Source of the DNA: Eledone cirrhosa
Taxonomy: Eukaryota
DNA length: 64,000 nucleotides
NCBI GenBank assembly: GCA_964016885.1
Contig: OZ024742.1
Coordinates: 74,028,001-74,092,000, forward strand
Direction: 5' to 3'
Shown here: in pieces, positions 1-15,600 of the stretch
How the letters are laid out: each line of letters opens with the position of its first letter
Numbering within the stretch: the first letter of the stretch is position 1
Notes under the pieces: model-generated
What the model was told of the DNA's origin: nothing
Seen by the model: only the letters and a program-made list of their open reading frames with translations
Databases searched by the model: none
Made by a program: the position numbers and the translations under genes

Positions 1-48
1 CTGGGAATATGGTACACTGGGAATATGGTAGATTGGGAATATGGTACA
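1..48 (+). repeat. 16-bp tandem repeat (CTGGGAATATGGTACA), 3 copies, probably cut by the window start
   Basis: ctgggaatatggtaca (1-16), ctgggaatatggtaga (17-32), ttgggaatatggtaca (33-48). Confidence 0.9.
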
Positions 49-125
49 GTCTCTGCACAGTTTACAACAAAACAGCTTGAAAACTGTACCGTCTAGTTAT
101 GTACAGCATATTACAGTCTGAATGT

Positions 126-207
126 AAACTTCTTTTCAACGTCATAATTTAGAAACGGTTTTTAGAAACTTCTTTTCAATATTATACGTCATAATTTAGA
201 AACGGTT
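126..207 (+). repeat. Short local direct duplication (~35 bp) with a 7-bp insertion in the second copy
   Basis: aaacttcttttcaacgtcataatttagaaacggtt at 126-160 recurs at 166-207 as aaacttcttttcaa-tattata-cgtcataatttagaaacggtt. Confidence 0.85.
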
Positions 208-1011
208 ATTTCGACCACATACTCAAAACATTCCTCTGGGTGTTAGACCTAGCCAAAAGAAATCAATAATTTGAAGACCATATCTCAGGAAGTTCTTAGA
301 ATGAGTAGAGTATACTTCTACCCATACAGAGGTGTTTGACCTCGAACGAGTGAATTGGCGATGCAATATTGACAACTTCCAGTTTTAATGTACAATCTGT
401 CGTCTCTTACACCTCATTTTTATTGTTAGATGCAACAAATTTCCATCACTTTTGCTCTTTTACTATTTTCACCATATATTTTATCGATTAGTTCACATTG
501 GAAAATTCAATTCTGGCGATAAACCTTGAATAAAACATGTTTGGATGTCAAACGTTCAATTCTTCTAAGCAGTAAAATATTTCTTAGAATAAAACCAAAA
601 AACTTCCATTTAAATGTATAATTTCAATTGTTTAAATTTTCTTGCAAGTTTTCATTGTTTAAAATGTGGTTATAATCTATATTGATTCGTTTCTGTAAAT
701 CTTTGGACCTGACTATCTACTGTCATTAATTTCTGGTTAAACATATACAGGACAAAAAAGATGATTCGGGAAGATAGTTGTTGTTTAGATGTGCAGATAA
801 TTTCATACAATATTTGATGAATGGATGGGTTGAGATATAATAAACGAGGCTGTAATTAAGAGTGTAAAGTCCTAGATTCCTTCTCTTAGTAAATGTTGTT
901 TCTGACATAAAACGAGCTGCTTGAGATTGGTATTTAGTTCTTACTTCAGACTGGAATAATTATCACCACTCACTAATACTGATGTCAAACTTTAAGTTCA
1001 AAGTTAGTAAC

Positions 1012-1170
1012 TATGGGGATGTGGATGGCGGGTCGATTAAATATACCCCATTACTTCACTGGTATTATTTTATTGACCCTGAAATTATGAAAGCTAAAGT
1101 TGACCTTGGTGGGATTTGAACACAGGACATAAAAATACTGACGCTCTAACCACTCTGCCAATTCACCACC
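1012..1170 (-). mobile_element. Degenerate tRNA-derived SINE (resembles abundant octopus/cephalopod SINEs)
   Basis: The minus strand shows a Pol III A-box TGGCAGAGTGG (1150-1160) and B-box GTTCAAATCCC (1111-1121), followed by ...AAGGTCAACTTTAGCTTTCATAATTTCAGGGTCAATAAAATAATACCAGTG. The second element at 1180-1340 is colinear with it. Family resemblance is from recall, not a search. Confidence 0.75.
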
Positions 1171-1179
1171 CTCAAAATA

Positions 1180-1340
1180 CTTTCTAATTTCAGGCACAAG
1201 GCTAACATTTTTTGGTGGGGAGAGATCGATTACACCGATTCCAGTAGCTTACTTGTGTTTTATTTAATCAACCACGGGAGGATGAAAGGTAAAATTTACT
1301 TCAGCGTGATTTGAACTCAGAACTTAACGAGCTGGAGCCA
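1180..1340 (-). mobile_element. Second, more decayed copy of the same SINE family, in tandem with the first
   Basis: gatcgattacaccgattccagtagcttacttgtgttttatttaatcaaccacgggaggatgaaaggtaaaatttacttcagcgtgatttgaactcagaac aligns with 1031-1127. A B-box-like GTTCAAATCAC lies on the minus strand at 1306-1316; the A-box is not clearly retained. Confidence 0.65.
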
Positions 1341-2954
1341 CTCTCTAAGAATAGAAGAACAATTGATTTTTGCCTTAGTTGAAATCAAACTTGGCAATTT
1401 TACTAATAATGTTAGTGTGACTAACACAGCCACTCACTAACCAGTGGCGATCGATACTAATCATTTTTTGCTTCTTGACTTTTTTTTTATACCAGTTCAA
1501 CATTTTTAGACATAAAAATATTCTTCTGCTCTGTTGAGATCGAATGGATTTATTTGATATGAATACGAAATATTACATCCATTTATCGTATCGGACATGT
1601 GAGCGTAAGGAAGAAACTTCAGAGCGAAGATGTAGTTTTAATTTCACTGTAGCAATTTCAAATCATTAGATTGTTCTGTGTTGTTGCTAAGCCGTTACTA
1701 TAATTATATTTCACTGAGTTTTAGAGTAACTTTTGTTACAAACCTAACTATTATATATTGCTCGTTTTGTGTATTTCAAGCTATATTTAACTTGACATAA
1801 CTACAAATCATCGACTTGGCTTACAACCATAAATATCCCGATTTTAAAGAGGATCCAATTTTTCAAATTCTGCTTTTACACATGCATATTACTTTTTCGA
1901 CAGTATTTTATAAAATTGATTTTATTTTTAATTGAAATTTTAATTTAATTTCGAACATTTTATAGATTAAACGTGAATTATCGAGGAAATGAACCTGATT
2001 ATCAAATATATTAACATACGATTTATCAACAGATATTCATATATCACTTCCTCATCCCCTTTATTATCAAGATACAGCCATATTGAGAGAAATAAACGTT
2101 TGCTTCGAAAGTTTTGCTCCTGTTGTATTGCTTGCTGCCAGATGAAAGTATTGTGTCTCCAGGATCACATATCAGTTTATTTGGCGTTAAGCAGAATGAT
2201 AAAACAATAGAGATTGGTGCCTTAGGTAAGTATAATCAACTAAAGTTGGGTTTAATGATCTGCGACGGTGAGGTGGGTGACAAAATACACGTTCGTGGGG
2301 TTAGAACAAACAAACGTAATGTACGAAATATTACATCAATATAAAGAAGGATTAGTGATCTAAAATAAACACCTTGGAGGCAAATGTCCATATAAATCTG
2401 TTGTGAAGCAACGTCGCCATAACAACAACTGGCAACATAGATTGTCACCTTAACCAAAGAGGTAGCCTCCACGTGGTCCCACCTAGCAACCAATTTTCCC
2501 ACAAATTACTCCTGTACTGGCAATTATTGGGATGTTGAAAATATTCATTTTATTGATTTATAAAGATCGGTAAAATGGAAAGACAACGGTATAATAAAAA
2601 TGTTACGATTTGATAGGTGTAATTAATATTGTATAAGGGAGCAAATGGAGAAATGGTGGCGTATTTTAATTAAATAAATTTAGGGATCGTTGTAATTACT
2701 GGCGCCAACCTGTAAATAAGTGATATCATATTTGTAAATTATATTCTAAAAATGATTTAGTCTTATCGCCAATTACATACTGCATTACATTACGTAAATG
2801 TAAGCAAAAAACAACAGAATTAACATACAAATTATGTTATAGATAAAATTAATTACGTCACATTCTCCTAATTTTACCTAAGTAACACCAATTTAGTGGG
2901 GAAAGGGGGACATACAGTCGACTGAATTACATTTATCAAGTATTTTCTTATTTT

Positions 2955-3280
2955 TCAACATTCTCTTCCAATTCCATGTAATATAGTCCACAATGCAAGA
3001 CATGATGTGCAGTCAGTACTGACCAGTCCGCATTTGTCATTTGCCTCTATCTGCGTAGCAAGGTCAATGACTTCATTAAATCTAACATTACATCTGCTTC
3101 GAGCGTCGTTAAGTTGTGAAATGTCTGTTTTATGCAAAGCTCCTCCATACGAGTAGCCACTAATATATTTGGTCTTCTCAAATACAACCAATCAGAATTA
3201 ATTATGTTCACATTTTCTCATCCTTCAGCTGCTGAAATTTACCGTACCGTCTCTTTATTCCTTCTCTGTGGGTTCTAATT
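2955..3280 (-). pseudogene. Possible highly decayed DEAD-box RNA helicase fragment (tentative)
   Basis: Minus-strand translation in a frame other than the listed ORF gives WLYLRRPNILVATRMEELCIKQTFHNLTTLEADVMLDLMKSLTLLRR*RQMT. This resembles motif Ib (ILVATPGR), motif II (DEADxMLD) and the pre-motif III RQ. An LEPT/RE (motif Ia, needing a 1-nt frameshift) lies upstream at ~3262-3278. Motifs are incomplete and all spacings are shorter than canonical. Confidence 0.22.
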
Positions 3281-3639
3281 GTGAAACAGAACTATGTCCA
3301 CACCATACCACCACTGTCACCTTAACACACACCATACTACTACTGTCACCTTAACACACACCATACCACCACTGTCACCTTAGCACACACCATACTACTA
3401 CTGTCACCTTAACAAACAACATACCACCACTGTCACCTTAAGACACACCATACTACTACTGTCACCTTAACACACACCATACCACCACTGTCACCTTAAC
3501 ACACACCATACTACTACTGTCACCTTAACACACACCATACCACCACTGTCACCTTAACACACACCATACTACTACTGTCACCTTAACACACACCGTACCA
3601 CTACTGTCACCTTAACACACACAATACCACTACTGTCAC

Positions 3640-6600
3640 CTTAACACACACCATACCAGCACTGTCATCTTAACAGACACCATACTACAACTGTCACCTT
3701 AACACACAGCATACCACCACTGTCACCTTAACACACACCATACCACTACTGTCACCTTAACACACTCCATACCACCACTGTCACCTTAACACACACCATA
3801 CCACTAATGTCACCTTAACACACACCATACCACTACTGTCGCCTTAACACACACACCATACCAGCACTGTCATCTTAACAGACACCATACTACAACTGTC
3901 ACCTTAACACACAGCATACCACAACTGTCACCTTAACACACACCATACCACTACTGTCACATTAACACACACCATACCACTACTGTCACCTTAACACACA
4001 GCATACCACTACTGTCACCTTAACACACTCCATACCACCACTGTCACCTTAACACACACCATACCACTAATGTCACCTTAACACACACCATACCACTACT
4101 GTCGCCTTAACACACACACCATACCAGCACTGTCATCTTAACAGACACCATACTACAACTGTCACCTTAACACACAGCATACCACAACTGTCACCTTAAC
4201 ACACACCATACCACTACTGTCACATTAACACACACCATACCACTACTGTCACCTTAACACACAGCATACCACTACTGTCACCTTAACACACTCCATACCA
4301 CCACTGTCACCTTAACACACACCATACCACTAATGTCACCTTAACACACACCATACCACTACTGTCGCCTTAACACACACACCATACCAGCACTGTCATC
4401 TTAACAGACACCATACTACAACTGTCACCTTAACACACAGCATACCACAACTGTCACCTTAACACACACCATACCACTACTGTCACCTTAACACACAGCA
4501 TACCACTACTGTCACCTTAACACACAGCATTCCACTACTGTCACATTAACACACACCATACCACTACTGTCACCTTAACACACAGCATACCACTACTGTC
4601 ACCTTAACACACTCCATACCACCACTGTCACCTTAACACACACCATACCACTAATGTCACCTTAACACACACCATACCACTACTGTCACCTTAACACACT
4701 CCATACCACCACTGTCACCTTAACACACACCATACCACTAATGTCACCTTAACACACACCATACCACTACTGTCACCTTAACACACACCATACCACCACT
4801 GTCATCTTAACAGACACCATACTACAACTGTCACCTTAACACACAGCATACCACCACTGTCACCTTAACACACACCATACCACTACTGTCACCTTAACAC
4901 ACACCATACCACCACTGTCATCTTAACAGACACCATACCACCACTGTCACCTTAACACACAGCATACCACCACTGTCACCTTAACACACACCATACCACC
5001 ACTGTCACCTTAACACACACCATACCACTAATGTCACCTTAACACACACCATACCACTACTGTCACCTTAACACACTCCATACCACCACTGTCACCTTAA
5101 CACACAGCATACCACTACAGTCACCTTAACACACACCATACCACTACTGTCACCTTAACACACACCATAACAGCACTGTCATCTTAGCAGAAACCATGCT
5201 ACAACTGTCACCTTAACACACAGCATACCACAACTGTCACCTTAACACACACCATACCACCACTGTCACCTTAACACACAGCATACCACAACTGTCACCT
5301 TAACACACACCATACCACTACTGTCACCTTAACACACAGCATACCACTACTGTCACCTTAACACACAGCATACCACTACTGTCACCTTAACACACAGCAT
5401 ACCACTACTGTCACATTAACACACACCATACCACTACTGTCACCTTAACACACAGCATACCACTACTGTCACCTTAACACACTCCATACCACCACTGTCA
5501 CCTTAACACACACCATACCACCACTGTCACCTTAACACACACCATACCACCACTGTCACCTTAACACACACCATACCACCACTGTCACCTTAACACACAC
5601 CATACCACCACTGTCACCTTAACACACAGCATACCACTACTGTCACCTTAACACACACCATACCACCACTGTCACCTTAACACACACCATACCACCACTG
5701 TCACCTTAACACACACCATACCACTAATGACACCTTAACACACACCATACCACCATTGTCACCTTAACACACACCATACCACCACTGTCACCTTAACACA
5801 CACCATAACAGCACTGTCATCTTAGCAGACACCATGCTACAACTGTCACCTTAACACACAGCATACCACAACTGTCACCTTAACACACACCATACCACCA
5901 CTGTCACCTTAACACACAGCATACCACAACTGTCACCTTAACACACACCATACCACTACTGTCACCTTAACACACAGCATACCACTACTGTCACCTTAAC
6001 ACACAGCATACCACTACTGTCACCTTAACACACAGCATACCACTACTGTCACATTAACACACACCATACCACTACTGTCACCTTAACACACAGCATACCA
6101 CTACTGTCACCTTAACACACTCCATACCACCACTGTCACCTTAACACACACCATACCACCACTGTCACCTTAACACACACCATACCACCACTGTCACCTT
6201 AACACACACCATACCACCACTGTCACCTTAACACACACCATACCACCACTGTCACCTTAACACACAGCATACCACTACTGTCACCTTAACACACACCATA
6301 CCACCACTGTCACCTTAACACACACCATACCACCACTGTCACCTTAACACACACCATACCACTAATGACACCTTAACACACACCATACCACCATTGTCAC
6401 CTTAACACACACCATACCACCACTGTCACCTTAACACACACCATACCACTAATGTCACCTTAACACACACCATACCACCACTGTCACCTTAACACACACC
6501 ATACAACCACTGTCACCTTAACACATACCATACCACTACAGTCACCCTTAACACACACCATACCACCACTGTCACCTTAACACACACCATACCACTACTG

Positions 6601-9600
6601 TCACCTTAACACACACCATACTACAACTGTCACCTTAACACACAACATACCACTACTGTCACCTTAACACACACAATACTACAACTGTCACCTTAACACA
6701 CACCATACCACTACTGTCACCTTAACACACACCATACCACCACTGTCACCTTAACACACACCATACCACTACTGTCACCTTAACACACACCATACCACCA
6801 CTGTCACCTTAACACACACCATACCACTACTGTCACCTTAACACACACCATACTACTACTGTCACCTTAACATACACCACACTACTACTGTCACCTTAAC
6901 ACACACAATACTACAACTGTCACCTTAACACACACCATACCACTACTGTCACCTTAACACACACACCATACTACAACTGTCACCTTAACACACACCATAC
7001 TACTACTGTCACCTTAACACACACCATACCACCACTGTCACCTTCACACACACCATACTACAACTATCACCTTAACACACACCATACCACCACTGTCACC
7101 TTAACACACACCATACCACCACTGTCACCTTAACACAGACCATACTACAACTGTCACCTTAACACACACCATACTACAACTGTCACCTTAACACACACCA
7201 TACTACTACTATCACCTTAACACACACCATACTACAACTGTCACCTTAACACACACCATACTACAACTGTCACCTTAACACACACCATACTACTACTGTC
7301 ACCTTAACACACAGCATACCACTACTGTCACCTTAACACACACCATACCACAACTGTCACCTTAACACACACCATACCACTACTGCCACATTAACACAAA
7401 CCATACCACTACTGTCACCTTAACACAAACCATACCACTACTGTCACCTTAACACACAGCATACCACTACTGTCACATCAACACACACCATACTACTACT
7501 GTCACCTTAACACACAGCCTACCACAACTGTCACCTTAACACACACCATACCACTACTGTCACCTTAACACACAGCATACCACTACTGTCGCATTAACAC
7601 ATACCATACCACTACTGTCACCTTAACACACAGCATACCACTACTGTCACCTTAACACACTCCATACCACCACTGTCACCTTAAAACACACCATACCACC
7701 ACTGTCACCTTAACACACACCATACCACCACTGTCACCTTAACACACACCATACCACCACTGTCACCTTAACACACAGCATACCACTACTGTCACCTTAA
7801 CACACAGCATACCACTACTGTCACCTTAACACACACCATACCACTAATGTCACCTTAACACACACCATACCACTAATGTCACCTTAACACACACCATACC
7901 ACCACTGTCACCTTAACACACACCATACCACCACTGTCACCTTAACACATACCATACCACTACTGTCACCCTTAACTCACACCATACCACCACTGTCACC
8001 TTAACACACACCATACCACTACTGTCACCTTAACACACACCATACCACTAATGTCACCTTAACACACACCATACCACTAATGTCACCTTAACACACACCA
8101 TACCACCACTGTCACCTTAACACACACCATACCACCACTGTCACCTTAACACACACCGTACTACAACTGTCACCTTAACACACACCATACCACTACTGTC
8201 ACCTTAACACACACAATACTACAACTGTCACCTTAACACACACCATACCACTACTGTCACCTTAACACACACCATACCACCACTGTCACCTTAACACACA
8301 CCATACCACTACTGTCACCTTAACACACACCATACCACCACTGTCACCTTAACACACACCATACCACTACTGTCACCTTAACACACACCATACTACTACT
8401 GTCACCTTAACATACACCATACTACTACTGTCACCTTAACACACACCATACTACTATAGTCACCTTAACACACACAATACTACAACTGTCACCTTAACAC
8501 ACACCATACCACTACTGTCACCTTAACACACACACCATACTACAACTGTCACCTTAACACACACCATACTACTACTGTCACCTTAACACACACCATACCA
8601 CCACTGTCACCTTCACACACACCATACAACAACTGTCACCTTAACACACACCATACCACCACTGTCACCTTAACACACACCATACCACCACTGTCACCTT
8701 AACACACACCATACTACAACTGTCACCTTAACACACACCATACTACAACTGTCACCTTAACACACACCATACTACTACTATCACCTTAACACACACCATA
8801 CTACAACTGTCACCTTAACACACACCATACTACAACTGTCACCTTAACACACACCATACTACAACTGTCACCTTAACACACACCATACTACTACTGTCAC
8901 CTTAACACACAGCATACCACTACTGTCACCTTAACACACACCATACCACCACTGTCACCTTAACACATACCTTACTACTACTGTCACCTTAACACACACC
9001 ATACTACTACTGTCACCTTAACACACAGCATACCACCACTGTCACCTTAACACACACCATACCACTACTGCCACATTAACACAAACCATACCACTACTGT
9101 CACCTTAACACAAACCATACCACTACTGTCACCTTAACACACAGCATAACACTACTGTCACATTAACACACACCATACTACTACTGTCACCTTAACACAC
9201 AGCATACCACAACTGTCACATTAACACAAACCATACCACTACTGTCACCTTAACACATACCATACCACTACTGTCACTTTAACACAAACCATATCAGTAC
9301 TGTCACCTTAACACACACTATACCACCACTGTCACATTCACACACACCATACCATTACTGTCACCTTAACACACAACATACCAGCAGTCACCTTAACACA
9401 CACCATACCACTACTGTCACCTTAACACACAACATACCACCACTGTCACCTTAACACACACCAACAATCACTGTCACCTTAACACACAGCATACCACCAC
9501 TGTCACCTTAACACACAGCATACCACCACTGTCACATTAACACACACCATACCACTACTGTCACCTTAACACACAGCATACCACTACTGTCACCTTAACA

Positions 9601-12600
9601 CACTCCATACCACCACTGTCACCTTAACACACACCATACTACTATTGTCACCTTAACACACACCATACCACTACTGTCACCTTAACACACTCCATACCAC
9701 CACTGTCACCTTAACACACACCATACCACTATTGTCACCTTAACACACACCATACCACTACTGTCATCTTAACACACACCATACCACCACTGTCACCTTA
9801 ACACACACCATACCACAACTGTCACCTTAGCACACACCATACCACCACTGTCACCTTAACACACAGCATACTACTACTGTCACATTAACACACACCATAC
9901 CACTACTGTCACCTTAACACACACCATACCACCACTGTCACCTTAACACACACCATACCACTGATGTCACCTTAACACACACCATACCACTACTGTCACC
10001 TTAACACACACCATACCAGCAGTGTCATCTAACAGACACCATACCACCACTGTCACCTTAACACACAGCATACCACAACTGTCACCTTAACACACAGCAT
10101 ATCACAACTGTCACCTTAACACACACCATACCACAACTGTCACCTTAACACACACCATACCACCACTGTCACCCTAACAGACACCATACCACCACTGTCA
10201 TCTTAACACACACCATACCACCACTGTCACCTTAACACACAGCATACCACAACTGTCACCTTAACATACACCATACCACTACTGTCACCTTAACACACAG
10301 CATACCACTACTGTCACCTTAACACACAGCATACCACTACTGTCACCTTAACACACAGCATACCACTACTGTCACCTTAACACACACCATACCACCACTG
10401 TCACATTAACACACACCATACCACTAATGTCACCTTAACACACACCATACCACCACTGTCACCTTAACACACAGCATACCACTACTGTCACCTTAACACA
10501 CTCCATACCACCACTGTCACCTTAACACACACCATACCACTAATGTCACCTTAACACACACCATACCGCTACTGTCACCTTAACACACTCCATACCACCA
10601 CTGTCACCTTAACACACACCATACCACTAATGTCACCTTAACACACACCATACCACTACTGTCACCTTAACACACACCATACCACTAATGTCACCTTAAC
10701 ACACACCATACCGCTACTGTCACCTTAACACACACCATACCACCACTGTCACCTTAACACACACCATACCACTAATGTCACCTTAACACACACCATACCA
10801 CTACTGTCACCTTAACACACACCATACCAGCACTGTCATCTTAACAGACACCATACCACCACTGTCACCTTAACACACAGCATACCACTACTGTCACCTT
10901 AACACACAGCATACCACAACTGTCACCTTAACACACACCATACTACTACTGTCACCTTAACACACAGCATACCACAACTGTCACCTTAACACACACCATA
11001 CAACTACTGTCACCTTAACACACACCATACCACCACTGTCACCTTAACACACACCATACCACTAATGTCACCTTAACACACACCATACCACTAATGTCAC
11101 CTTAACACACACCATACCACTACTGTCACCTTAACACACAGCATACCACTACTGTCACCTTAACACACTCCATACCACCACTGTCACCTTAACACACAGC
11201 ATACCACCACTGTCACCTTAACACACACCATACCACCACTGTCACCTTAACACACACCATACCACCACTGTCACCTTAACACACAGCATACCACTACTGT
11301 CACCTTAACACACACCATACCACCACTGTGACCTTAACACACACCATACCACCAATGTCACCTTAACACACACCATATCACTAATGTCACCTTAACACAC
11401 ACCATACCACCACTGTCACCTTAACACACACCATACCACCACTGTCACCTTAACACACACCATACCACTAATGTCACCTTAACACACACCATACCACCAC
11501 TGTCACCTTAATACACACCATACCACCACTGTCACCTTAACACATACCATACCACTACTGTCACCCTTAACACACACCATACCACCACTGTCACCTTAAC
11601 ACACACCATACCACCACTGTCACCTTAACACATACCATACCACTACTGTCACCCTTAACACACACCATACCACCACTGTCACCTTAACACACACCATACC
11701 ACTACTGTCACCTTAACACACACCATACCACTAATGTCACCTTAACACACAACATACCACTAATGTCACCTTAACACACACCATACCACCACTGTCACCT
11801 TAACACACACCATACCACCACTGTCACCTTAACACACACCATACTACAACTGTCACCTTAACACACACCATACCATTACTGTCACCTTAACACACACAAT
11901 ACTACAACTGTCACCTTAACACACACCATACCACTACTGTCACCTTAACACACACCATACCACCACTGTCACCTTAACACACACCATACCACCACTGTCA
12001 CCTTAACACACACCATACCACTACTGTCACCTTAACACACACCATACTACTACTGTCACCTTAACATACACCATACTACTACTGTCACCTTAACACACAC
12101 CATACTACTACTGTCACCTTAACACACACAATACTACAACTGTCACCTTAACACACACCATACCACTACTGTCACCTTAACACACACACCATACCACTAC
12201 TGTCACCTTAACACACACCATACTACTACTGTCACCTTAACACACACCATACCACCACTGTCACCTTCACACACACCAGACTACAACTGTCACCTTAACA
12301 CACACCATACCACCACTGTCACCTTAACACACACCTACCACCACTGTCACCTTAACACACACCATACTACAACTGTCACCTTAACACACACCATACTACA
12401 ACTGTCACCTTAACACACACCATACTACTACTATCACCTTAACACACACCATACTACAACTGTCACCTTAACACACACCATACTACAACTCTCACCTTAA
12501 CACACACCATACTACAACTCTCACCTTAACACACACCATACTACAACTGTCACCTTAACACACAGCATACCACTACTGTCACCTTAACACACACCATACC

Positions 12601-15600
12601 ACTACTGCCACATTAACACAAACCATACCACTACTGTCACCTTAACACAAACCATACCACTACTGTCACCTTAACACACAGCATACCACTACTGTCACAA
12701 TAACACACACCATACTACTACTGTCACCTTAACACACAGCATACCACAACTGTCACATTAACACAAACCATACCACTACTGTCACATTAACACAAACCAT
12801 ACCACTACTGTCACCTTAACACATACCATACCACTACTGTCACTTTAACACAAACCATACCAGTACTGTCACCTTAACACACACTCTACCACCACTGTCA
12901 CATTAACACACGCCATACCACCACTGTCACCTCAACACACACCATACCACTACTGTCACCTTAACACACACTCTACCACCACTGTCACATTAACACACGC
13001 CATACAACCACTGTCACCTTAACACACACCATACCACTACTGTCACCTTAACACACAACATACCACCACTGTCACCTTAACACACACCATACCACTACTG
13101 TCACCTTAACACACAATATACCACCACTGTCACCTTAACACACACCAACAATAACTGTCACCTTAACACACAGCATACCACCACTGTCACCTTAACACAC
13201 AGCATACCACCTCTGTCACATTAACACACACCATACCACCACTGTCACCTTAACACACACCATACCACCACTGTCACCTTAACACACAGCATACCACAAC
13301 TGTCACCTTAACATACAACATACCACCACTGTCACCTTAACACACACCATACCACTACTGTCACCTTAACACACAGCATACCACTACTGTCACCTTAACA
13401 TACAGCATACCACCACTGTCACCTTAACACACAGCATACCACAACTGTCACCTTAACACACAGCATACCACTACTGTCACCTTAACACACAGCATACCAC
13501 TACTGTCACCTTAACACACAGCATACCACTACTGTCACATTAACACACACCATACCACTACTGTCACCTTAACACACAGCATACCACTACTGTCACCTTA
13601 ACACACTCCATACCCCCACTGTCACCTTAACACACACCATACCACCACTGTCACCTTAACACACACCATACCACCACTGTCACCTTAACACACAGCATAC
13701 CACTACTGTCACCTTAACACACACCATACCACCACTGTCACCTTAACACACACCATACCACCACTGTCACCTTAACACACACCATACCACTAATGTCACC
13801 TTAACACACACCATACCACCACTGTCACCTTAACACGCACCATACCACCACTGTCACCATAACACACACCATACCACTAATGTCACCTTAACACACACCA
13901 TACCACCACTGTCACCTTAACAGACACCATACTACTACTGTCACCTTAACACACACCATACCACTACTGTCACCTTAACACACACAATACTACAACTGTC
14001 ACCTTAACACACTCCATACCACTACTGTCACCTTAACACACACCATACTACTACTGTCACCTTATCATACACCATACTACTACTGTCACCTTAACACACA
14101 CCATAATACTACTGTCACCTTAACACACACAATACTACAACTGTCACCTTAACACACACCATACCACTACTTTCACCTTAACACACACACCATACTACAA
14201 CTGTCACCTTAACACACACCATACTACTACTGTCACCTTAACACACACCATACCACCACTGTCACCTTAACACACACCATACTACAACTGTCACATTAAC
14301 ACACACCATACTACTACTGTCACCTTAACACACACCATACCACCACTGTCACCTTAACACACACCATACTACAACTGTCACCTTAACACACACCATACTA
14401 CTACTGTCTCCTTAACACACACCATGCCACCACTGTCACCTTAACACACACCATATTACAACTGTCACCTTAACACACACCATACCACTACTGCCACATT
14501 AACACAAACCATATCACTACTGTCACCTTAACACAAACCATACCACTACTGTCACGTTAACACAAACCATACCACTACTGTCACCTTAACACACACCATA
14601 CCACCACTGTCGCCTTAACACACACCATACTACTACTGTCACATTAACACAAACCATACCACTACTGTCACCTTAACACAAACCATACTACAACTGTCAC
14701 CTTAACACACACCATACCACCACTGTCGCCTTAACACACACCATACCACCACTGTCGCCTTAACACACACCATACCACCGCTGGCACCTTAATACACATC
14801 ATAGCACTACTGACAGTCTAACATACATTATACTACAATTGTCACCTTAACACACACCATACCACTACTGTCACCTTAACACACAACATACCAGCACTGT
14901 CATCTTAACACACACCAACAATCACTGTCACCTTAACACACAGCATACCACCACTGTCAGCTTAACACACACCATACCACTACTGTCACATTAACACACA
15001 CCATACCACTACTGTCACCTTAACACACAGCATACCACTACTGTCACCTTAACACACACAATACCACTAATGTCACCTTAACACACAACATACCACTAAT
15101 GTCACCTTAACACACACCATACCACTACTGACACCTTAACACACACCATACCAGTACTATCACCTTAACACACACCATACAACTACTGTCACCTTAACAC
15201 ACACCATACCACTACTGTCACCATAACACACTCCATAACACCACTGTCACCTTTACTCACACCATACCACTAATGTCACCTTAACACACACCATACCACT
15301 ACTGTCACCTTAACACACAACATACCACCACTGTCACTTTAACACACACCATACCACTACTGTCACCTTAACACACAGCATACGACTACTGTCACCTTAA
15401 CACACAGCATACCACAACTGTCACCTTAACACACACCATACCACAACTGTCACCTTAACACACACCATACCACCACTGTCACCTTAACAGACACCATACC
15501 ACCACTGTCACCTTAACACACACCATACCACCACTGTCACCTTAACACACAGCATACCACAACTGTCACCTTAACATACAACATACCACTACTGTCACCT

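Noticed and set aside
726-908. 60-aa minus-strand ORF
   Set aside because: Short, in AT-rich sequence, with no recognisable domain.
1111-1160. tRNA gene
   Set aside because: A and B boxes are present but there is no cloverleaf, and it is followed by SINE body sequence.
1370-1445. Possible third SINE head and a 7-bp stem hairpin (tgttagt-gtg-actaaca, 1410-1426)
   Set aside because: There is no convincing A/B box pair, and a single 7-bp stem is expected by chance.
1989-2502. Three overlapping short ORFs (73, 76, 88 aa), including a DVAS...MDI string faintly like DEAD-box motif V
   Set aside because: They overlap on both strands with no recognisable domain, and the motif V resemblance is too weak to support.
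2870-2940. Possible SINE 3' remnant (aatttagtggggaaagggg...agtcgact)
   Set aside because: Too short and degenerate to call.
2955-3191. Listed 78-aa ORF as a real CDS
   Set aside because: Non-ATG start and no recognisable product; the only motif-like signal is in a different, interrupted frame.
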